Source: Tubulanus polymorphus (lineage: Eukaryota > Animalia > Nemertea). Taken from it: a stretch of DNA of 64,000 bases. This document shows, in pieces, positions 23,303 through 64,000 of the stretch. Position 1 is the stretch's first letter. Each line of letters opens with the position of its first letter. Made by a program: the position numbers and the translations under genes. The stretch spans positions 6,324,001 through 6,388,000 of the forward strand of contig NC_134025.1 in NCBI RefSeq assembly GCF_964204645.1, in the 5' to 3' direction. Under the pieces are notes generated by a model. It was not told where the DNA came from. It ran no database searches and saw nothing but the letters and a program-made list of their open reading frames with translations.

Positions 23303-24779
23303 CTAGATCAGGTTTAAAAATATTTCCTAATATAAGTATCATTAGTCCACAACGCCTTTTATTCTGTTGAGAAAACAAGAATTCTCAGCTTGAAATATAC
23401 TGATGTCAATAGAATCTATTCAGAAATATGAATGTTCCTAGAAATATCATAGAACAATAGTCTCTCTGTCTTTGTCTTTGTCAATCCGTGTCATCATTGT
23501 TCCACACAGTTTATTTTAGAAAATGTGTCCCCAGAAACCTTAGGATAACTAACTATTAGCGATATTTATCTATCTTCAAATAATCTAGTAGCGCGTTTTT
23601 TTTCAACAGCTTGAAATGAACAAATGATGATAATAAAAAGCTAGTTTATTTTCAGACTTTTTCTATCCAGATTATATACATATTCAATAACTACTTTATT
23701 ACTGATTATGAATTCGATTTTAACTAAGAATAGACTAATGACTTTTTGATTAACAAGTAAAGTACATATAGCATTTTCATTTTTCAAAACTATAGACAAG
23801 GGGGTAATGCAATATAAAAGCAGTTGAACTAAACAAATTTCAAGCAGATTCAACTAATAGTACTACGGTACAATAGTAAATATAGGTACAAGCTAGGATT
23901 AATATACAACATAGAATCAGACACAAACTAAAGAAATTTAAAGCAGGAAAACTTAGGGGTACTAAAATACATTCAAATACAATAATTAGTTGGAAATTCA
24001 AGAGAAAGAAATCATTGATAAAATGACTGATAATCAATACAGTCAACTTAAATCTATGTACTATGTAAATAACAAAATTTGGTGGCATTTTTTCTGGTGG
24101 CATTTTTTCTGTACACCAGAATATTGAGTCACTATTTCACGCGCGTTTGTGGCATGTAATGGCGGCTCAGCCGTCGTCAGCGTGCTTCGCAGGTGCTAAA
24201 CTCAAAAAGGGGGTCTGGGCATCCTCCTTACAAAATAACGAAAAATTAGATGAATTTTATTGGTTGCAAATTAGGAATGAAATAAGGTCACAATTTCACC
24301 ATTTTGTAAAAGGGAGCAAGCGTCCCCGCGACCCCTCCTGGATCTGCCAATGAACGTGAACTGCATTTCGACAACTCCTAAGGCTGCACAACTACAGTCA
24401 GTATTTTGAATGATATTTAAAGGAGCACAAAAGAAAGTAAAGTACAACTTTCTATTGGCAACGTATTCAAAAAGAGGCAGTACGCCACCAGCTTTCAACA
24501 GTAATTATTGCGTAAATAATTGTTGATTAATAATTGAATTGCTCATTAAGCTATATTTTGATTGCTTCCAGGGAGCAGTTTCTAATCAATCAAAAAATAA
24601 ATTACTCATTCGTGGCCAACTTGAATAATGGCCCTAAAATTGAAAAGTGCCCAATCAAAAACCTGGGCAATTATCACTTAACAATTTTAAGAGAAGTGGC
24701 AGTGAAATTACGCATCGATCCCAGGTCTCGTAGAAGGTTGCCTTCAATTGAAATTGTCTTACTGAATGTTCACTGTTTT

Positions 24780-24890
24780 TAAATTCAATATTGTAATGTT
24801 TTTATCACCATATTTTATTGTACGTCGTATTTCTTTATTTGTAAGTGCTCTGGAGCAGTTTCATTAATCTGGACAGGTCACTAAAACATG

Positions 24891-24952
<62 letters not shown>
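24780..24952 (+). mobile_element. L2/SINE-like 3' end with (TAA)n tail
   Basis: tttgtaagtgctctggagca...ctggac followed by a (TAA)n run at 24892-24952. Confidence 0.5.
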
Positions 24953-25179
24953 GGCAACCGCACTATAATCCAGTAAAACAAATAGAACAAGTCCATCTTA
25001 CCAGCTTGTCGTATGCGAAATGACTGTAATATGATGTGTTCAAGTCTAGTGTAACGATGCCTAACAGTTAAGGTGTTTTATACTAATCCTATTGGTTATA
25101 TTAGAATACAATAAAAAAGGGACACATTTTCTGAAATATCCTGACTAAGAAAAACTACTACAACTAAACCTGTATCTGA

Positions 25180-25526
25180 CCCTACACTACCCCCCACCTA
25201 AACCTTTCACCACCAACCACCTATACCCTAAACCCCTCCCTCCAAAGTCCTACCACCACCCATTCTCCCAAGCCCACCCTCCCTAACCCTATCCTTCCTC
25301 TACCTCCCAGACCCCATCCCTCCCTCCCACACCCATCCCTCCCTCCCACACCCATCCCTCCCTCCCACACCCATCCCACCCTCCCACACCCCATCCCTCC
25401 CACCCCTGCACCCCATCCCTCCCACCCTCCCGCACCCCTTCTCTCCCGCCCTCCCAGACCCCTTCCCTCCCGCCCTCCCAGACCCCTTCCCTCCCCCCAA
25501 CCCTACCCACCCTCCCCGAACCCCAT
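25180..25526. repeat. C-rich minisatellite of the same 24-bp family as 15024-15490, in the same orientation
   Basis: ccctcccagaccccttccctcccg and ccctcccacacccatccct units. Confidence 0.85.
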
Positions 25527-25527
25527 G

Positions 25528-25800
25528 GTTAGATGAGTTGAAGTGTTACGATGTTTTAGTTAGACGGATGGGAATTGTGAAGATGAGAGAACAATTCACT
25601 GATCAATCACAGGATGAAGTAATGCAGTGATCTGTACTCTGTATCTGCACATAATGTAACATGAATCAGTCTAATATCTAGAGCTGTATAATCTAGAGAA
25701 ATTGTAAACACATCTGATTGTGACGAAGGAACATAATTGATAACAGTTGTGTAATTGACATCAAGGACCAGTTTCATATTGATCAGAAATAATATTTGAG
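25528..25800 (-). repeat. Right ~270-bp inverted repeat (partner at 14752-15023)
   Basis: Reverse-complement match to the left arm. Confidence 0.85.
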
Positions 25801-27049
25801 TTGATCAATTTAGAAAACCTGTAAACCCATGTTATTCTTTTATGTATTGCTGAGACAACAATCCCAACCATGAAATCTTTACCAAATATACACAAATATC
25901 AAGACATCTGAATGGATTCAATAAACAAATGTAAAAACCCAGATTTGATTTCAAAACATGGTTTATAACAAATACTATCAAACTGGTCCCTTAAAAACAA
26001 ATCAACAACCGATAAGTAAAGGATGAAATATGTAACTTATCTTGAATTTCCCTTAAGTGATTCCTGATGTCCTGTGCAGAATCCAAGAGTCTTATTGTAA
26101 AACAGTGATAATCCATGAAGACAGTCTTATTGTAAATCAGCGATTCTTGTTGTCTTGTGCAGAATCTAAGAAAGTCTGATTGTAATGCACTAATTCCTTG
26201 TCCTGTACTAAATCCGACTGAATCCAAGTATCAATGATTCCTGAAGCACTGATTCCACTGATTTGTATCCCGTTCTGATTCCAAGAAAGTCATATTGTAA
26301 AGCATTGATTCCTTGTTGTCCTGTACTGAATCCAAGTTCCCAATGTAGTGATACCTATGATAGACAAATCAAAGATAGTTTTCGTTCCTTAGACAACTGC
26401 AGAATCATCTAATTCAAAATTCAAACTTACAAATCAAATTGTTCGCTCCAATCTGTAGTTCATTTATCAAGGGCTTTCTATCTACGGTTTAGGTTTTTCC
26501 ACCAGAGTTCAACATCAAACATAAAAGAAAGTAATGAAGATACAAATAGATGAATATTATCTGTTTCTGAAACTGATGGAGAAAATATTCAAAAGATGAA
26601 ATAGACTTATACTGTTTTCATTGTTTCAGATATCAATTCTTTATATAAAATGGTTTACAAATGAAAACAGAGCATTTAAATTGATACTGGATAAAAAAAA
26701 GAATAAATACATTATAAACAAGGCAAAATTAATCACTGAAGAATCATTTAAGAATATATTAGGCCCACAACACAGCAACGCCAAGCCCATGCATGATCTA
26801 GATATATCTGAAAAAGACTGAATTGGATGACCGTCAGCTCTTGAAGTTTTTGGCCCCATATTCTAAATTCCTGGATGCACCCTGGTCAGTCAATCCATCA
26901 TTGGCCCTTTTTAGTTTTCAACTCGTCTTGCTCGACTGGTTTTCACCATGTGCGCCTACTAGATTCACCTCTCTGAAATATGATTACCCGCAATATCTAA
27001 GACGAAATATTCTTCACCATTTTAACAAATGTTATGAATACTTACCGAA

Positions 27050-27555
27050 TATTGAAATACTGCGTTCTGGGGTCTTAAAGGAGGCTGCCTTTGTTTGAAA
27101 TTAGGCGAGGTTTTTTGATTTTCGCGTTAGTTTAGCACGCGATTTTGATATTGATAGTGTCTCAGATTCCCGCGCCGCCGCGCATGTCAAAATGTCCAAT
27201 GTCGGTGTCGAGTTTCAATCGAGGTCGAATCCTGGCAGGGGAGATCTCGTGCAGGTTTCAGAAATCACCGGTCCTCATCAGAGTTACGAACTCAGCGGAG
27301 TTAACTGTAATGCCAAACCAACATCTGTTTTTCCGGTTGCTAAAGATGTAACAGTCGGTTATCCGTTGTAGTCAAACGCTCCAAGGTCCCGCACTAAACT
27401 CGTAATCGTAATAGTTGTTAACCTTTGACAACAGCTGAGAATAGGATATTTTCGGAGTTATCCTAACTCTAGTTCACGAATTCGGTTCCGGTGTGGAGAA
27501 CCAGGAAGTTAACGTATCTTGTATCTATTGGTTGTGTTTTCAAGACTACCTAAAA
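27050..27555. promoter_or_regulatory. CpG-rich bidirectional promoter region and SEL1L non-coding first exon (donor gtaagg at 27556)
   Basis: Locally GC/CpG-rich with ttccgg/ggaagt ETS-like cores. It has a minus-strand donor at 27045 and a plus-strand donor at 27556, with the acceptor ttttcag|27636 just before the SEL1L ATG. Confidence 0.55.
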
Positions 27556-27639
27556 GTAAGGATGCCTTATTCTCTTTAAAAGCGTGTATACCCTTAACAA
27601 GCCTTAACTTTAACAGTGAAATAATTACTTTTCAGCAAA

Positions 27640-40572
<12,933 letters not shown>

Positions 40573-43500
40573 TGCCGGGTGATCGCAATTTAATTAAATA
40601 AATGTATAGTCATGATAAAAATACACGAAATTACAATTAACGTAATTGGTTTGTGTAGTTTTTATTGCGGATCTATGGAAACCAAGAACGCTCAGATGAA
40701 TTTGACTGCATTCTAGCAGTTATCATCCTTAACATTTGAGTATGGGTTGTTTCTGTATTTATTCTGGTAACGTGACCAATAAGTTGTGTTTTTTGAATGT
40801 TATGAATGGTTTTCATTTCGAGGGTCTATGTTAGATTATGAATGTATCATTTTTTCATCATCTGTATTACGTATGTTTTGCTTATATCGTTTACTTGGGG
40901 ATTTCCATGCATCGCGTAAACCGTAGATTAACTTTGGAGTAAGGTGATAATTTGAGTTAGACGATGGGAATTTTGATTAATTTTCTATTGAAATGGAGTA
41001 CTGGTGTGGATGAAAACTCGACTTGAATAGATTCCAGTAGGGACAGTCAGACGTATACCACATCGGCACATAGGTGTTTGCTGGTCTCGAGTGGTGATTC
41101 GATTTATCCCACAGTTTTCTGAATTTTCTTTCGATGGAGACCTGTTTTTTTACATGAGGAAAACTTTTCGTGAAGATGCAGTATACTGTACTGGTATTTG
41201 CACTCGGAAATTGCTTCTTTCGAATTCTGTCTATACTAATGCAAATTTGAGTAAGGACATTAAAGTACTGGTTTAAGCTTCTGTTAAATGTTGTATAAAT
41301 AGAATCGACCTTTTCGGGTGAGTTGATTTTTAGCCGGTGGTTTGTAAGTTATTGATCAGGTAATGGAAGACTTCTGTATTGTACGATGCTCACTTTGATG
41401 ATATTTTGCGTGTAATCTATGCGAACCCTTACTACAATAGAATCACATGAACTGCGGTGATGAAATAATTATGAAGGAACCTTTAAGATCATTCATATAG
41501 AATCAGTATTTAAGCGTGATACATGTATTTAATGGAAATGGTAAATTTCGACTCTTCAGTCGCGTACGTATTTCATGAATGGCTGTCTTCAATTCAAACC
41601 CTATTGATAAGGTCAATTTGGAAAACAACAGCCTCGTGTACAGCATTTTAACCTATTCTATCAAAAGGCGCAGCAATTTTTGAATGGGTGTCTCAGACCC
41701 AGTTGCTTAGTTGTGTCATAGAATTAAGACATCAGTTCTATAGCAAATCTAACAACGTAAGAACAGTCTTAGAGATTAAGACCAATAGTTGGGCAGAAGT
41801 CATGACTTCCAATTAGCCCCCGGGTTTTGTTATATGATGACTTTCTTTTGTGGCATTTCTCCAAATATTTGAACAAATAAACTCTGACAACTGTTGATTT
41901 TTTATTGCGTTGTTATTTGCCACTTTCAATGTCAGAGAACAATTTCACCGTAATGTATTGCTATGTAATTGGATAGCAATGGATATTGCTAGACAATTCG
42001 AAATGGGTGATATCCAGTGATACCTCTAACGAATTTGAAACCGTATTCATAGTGGTTTGGATATGTTATTTTCTTTATACATGTACCTTCATGTAATAAT
42101 TGTGGTACCTGATACTTGATTGCGAAAGGCGTTGGTTGCTTGGCAACTTGTAACAGGCATTATTTTCAGTGGGTACTGTATCATTTTCCTCAACTTTTCA
42201 TTTTTCTCTTCTTTTTAATGAATTCTGCTGGTGTTCTTATCCTCTATTATAAGCTACTGCTTAATCTCGACCAGTTTAATCTGGATTGACTGTAATAGGA
42301 ACATAATTTACAGTTCATTTGTAATACGACATAGATTAGGAGAATAGACACATAAATTAGTTACTGACGAAAATTCTAGATTATGCAAGTTAAACGACAC
42401 AGTTGGTTCAATCATTTCTATTTCTACTAGTGTGTAAAAAAACAACTATTTCTAGATATTTGTAGTTGAATTTTATTTCAAGAATTATTGTAACTCTAGT
42501 CTATTCTTTGATTCATTTGACTGCTTTTTGCCTGAATTTTTGCAGCCCTTACCTCAGATAGGTCTTAAAATGATGCCCTGAATCCTGGACACGTTGACTT
42601 AATTCATACTAGTTCTGTACTAGGTGGATCTGAGAAAAGAGCCTCTATTTTGTGAAATGAATGCAGTTGAACAATAGGATAAGTATGCCAAATGATCAAA
42701 AAATGATTCGGAAACGTATTTTTAACCTTAATTTATTCACAAAATAGCTGATTTTTCTCTGATTCAACTTGAGTAGAATAAGACTTTCCGGCAATCCTTC
42801 AAAACAGTGTAAACTGATATAAAAACGATAGTTTATTCATATTACACTATTTCTTGGTCTTTTTACAGATTGATCAAAATATTCCCCCAAAAAAAGTTGC
42901 AATATTAAGAAATAGACTTATAGTCTCATGATGTTGTTCCATATGTCGCTTCATACCTTTTTTCACAGTAATTTTTTCTGATACATGTGTTTTCATATCG
43001 AGATTTCCAAGCAATGATTTTTTATTTGGTAGCTTATTGCGGGACGAAGAGGAAGTAGCTTATCTGTATTTTATATGTATCCTAATGTTGAACACAAATA
43101 AAAGTTCCGTGTACGAGAAGAAAATCTGATAAATGTGTAGAAAAGTAAAAACATTATGATGAATTTTCATCATTGTGGAGGGATCGTATGTAATATTGTT
43201 TATTTGTTTGTTCTTATGTGAAAAAAAGAAAAAAATGTTTTATATAGATAAATAAATTGAAATGAAATACTTTTTTCTCGGTCTTCATTGATATATTCGT
43301 TCGAGAAAATAGGTCTTGTTAATAGTAGCAGGTTGTTCCTTGCTTCGTATCGCCAACGGATGAATATATACACGTATTCTGGGAGAATTGTCCGAGATAT
43401 TAGAGCACTATGGCGGTCGTAAAAAAAACGGTTAGAATTCGGATCACGGTTTGAAAATCATCCAGAAAGTGTGCACAATCTTCGGCAAAAACTGTCGTAG

Positions 43501-43890
43501 AGTTGTCGATCACGGATTGGATATTCTGCTCGGCTTCGAACTGGATCCAAGTAAACGTAAATTTGAAATACACACGTAACAACAAATATCTTATTTTATT
43601 AAACATTTCACTTCCCGAAAATATAGACGCACATTGATATATGTATATTTTGTGACGATGAAATAAAATATTCACGAGATTGATAATATAATAATCTTAG
43701 CAACGTAGTTTGATTTACAGTTTATACATGATTCGGTTTCTATATCAATTTTAACATACATATACGATAATAGATTCATAATTTTCATTCATGCCAACCT
43801 CAGCAAAATCTAGACGAGGCCGTTATATCAAATCATGAAACATCGATTTTTGATTTCCTGTTTACTTATAAACCGTAAATAATTCGAGCA

Positions 43891-62363
<18,473 letters not shown>

Positions 62364-64000
62364 CTTAGAACCAGAGGATGTCCAGAGAGGTCGAGTGGAG
62401 GATGGTTAAACGAGAAACGGTTTATACGCACATTCTAAGACCATCATTAATTATCAGTGCATACTTAATTAACATTTTCTCAATGATTTTTAATGCAGTT
62501 GACACGCGGCTTGAGATTTCATCTAAATCCACCATTTATGATATTATCATGTATAATTACTGTTCACGCCAGTCGTTCGCGTCATGATCATCGCATTACA
62601 TACATCTCCGTCAATATATTACTGGACCCTCCTGAAATAAAAAAGAGATTGTTATACATTGATGTGAATCATTTTTGTGTTACTTTCTAAAGGTTTAAAT
62701 CTCGTGAGTTGAGACGTGTTGTCGCCCATACAGGTATGAATTATGGCACCTAAACTTTCCCCAGTTTCGTATCAGAATATGTTCCATGGTTATTTGCGGG
62801 TAGATTGTTTTCGTCACGACACTAGCACATGATTACTAGCGTTCTAAGATCGAGTTGAAGCAGCTAGAACTGACAGCTTTCCGTACGTTCCTACACCAAT
62901 CTGTGTGATGTTGTATACGTTCCAATCCATTCTTTCAGTGGCACCTATTTTCGCTAGAAATGACGCCCACACGTTCTCGGTCAATTGACTGTCATTAAAT
63001 CAACCTGAAGTCGATTCAGTGTATTCGTTAATGGCCTTTATTTTCCCTGGCAAAGTTGTTAGCCTATCCAGGCACGATTGGCAACATAATTGTAGTCAAT
63101 GTTATCTTTCGACTAAATGTTTCTCGAATTGTGCATCTATGCACGGATTTTATCTAACGTATTGTTGACGTGGAAAAAAAGATCAATTTTCAGGACGCCA
63201 AAAGTAACGTCGACTAAACCATGAACCATGTTCCTTCGGAGTAGCAACTTTGACTTCATTATATCGGAGTGATATCTCCAAGGTTATCGTTATCATGCGA
63301 TAGTTGCCGAAGCCTTTGTCGTACACTAATGATTTCATTCACGGAAACTTGAGGGTTTTTGTTTCCGTCGTTGACTTCAATTGACACAGAGATTTATTAC
63401 GATCTAGTGTCCACGTTCTGAATACAAATTGCTTCTTTACGCAAAGCTCGATTACTCCTCAATATTGCTGCGTGTGGAGCTGTTCATACTACCGCCTAAA
63501 ACAACACCTTACCGAGCGGTGATTGAGGACGGCTGCGCTTTACGAAAAATGCCCAAAACCACAAAACTGAAAACGTCGGCAGTATTACGTATGTTAACCT
63601 GACGTTACGTATATTCTGGTGAAAAGTAATAGACTTTGTAAACATTAATCACGGTGTGACATAAGTTCATTTCGCCGTCGGCATTGTTTATCTCACCCAC
63701 TCCCGCCTTTACGACATCATAGCAATCGATCTCAGACGTCAGGAAAAATATGCTACATTATAAATCAAAAACACAAGTAAAACAAAATAATAACCGTCAT
63801 ATAACGTGTCCAAATTGGACGAAACAATTTCTTGTATAATTTCAAAATTTGAATTATGATTATCAATACATATTTTTAGATTCATGAGAGTCTGTATATC
63901 ATTATTGGTAAATCAGTCGATTGATCTTTAACGGATCAGGATAAACATGGTACCAAGGCGATATTAGAACTCGTGTCTTGTCAAGGAGACCATTTTGTCG

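Larger units (their letters stand above)
11078..27050 (-). pseudogene. Multi-exon degenerate gene / lncRNA divergent from SEL1L; remnants of tandem RWD domains plus a HisRS-like fragment (GCN2/EIF2AK4-like, no kinase seen)
   Basis: Minus-strand polypyrimidine-AG/GT pairs with mostly ~70-110-nt introns. Putative exons: end 27046; start 26972; end 26431; 26354-26037; 25907-25819; 14710-14681; 14554-14534; 14387-14312; 14233-~14157; 14029-13918; 13849-13732; 13652-13538; 13458-~13300; 13247-13199; 13025-~12864; 12805-12713; 12637-12577; 11876-11646; 11380-11078. Stops and frameshifts break the frame across the larger exons. Peptide remnants: LQ|NEINALES, PWRFKR, AKIKLNLR..VLQIKQVRS, LLFNDIMALGSEILLEMEIVEMVQHLQDCL, SLFKDEVGTNMPFD..YAIYL, DICNFKVY. 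Confidence 0.55.

Overview
AT-rich, intron-containing animal (invertebrate, probably lophotrochozoan-type; inference) genomic DNA, not prokaryotic. Three intact protein-coding genes can be assembled by hand: (1) a 2-exon secretin-class/Methuselah-like 7TM receptor with a Cys-rich, somatomedin-B-like N-terminus (+, 1714-5843, ~902 aa); (2) SEL1L/Hrd3, the ERAD adaptor (+, 19 coding exons, 27640-40572, ~814 aa); (3) a 3-coding-exon rhodopsin-class neuropeptide receptor (-, 62363-43891, ~556 aa) converging on SEL1L. Head-to-head with SEL1L on the minus strand (~27050 down to ~11080) lies a many-exon structure with largely intact splice sites but no open frame. Its exon remnants read as tandemly duplicated RWD domains followed by a HisRS-like fragment, so it may be a kinase-less GCN2-derived pseudogene/lncRNA. 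One of its introns contains an ~11 kb segment bounded by ~270-bp inverted repeats and packed with minisatellites, DINE-1/HINE-like elements bearing CTCF/YY1-like motifs, and LINE ends. The window also holds several MITEs, microsatellites, a tRNA-like/hairpin element and an ~680-bp (AT)n-centred palindrome. All homology calls are by eye from remembered family motifs; no searches were run.
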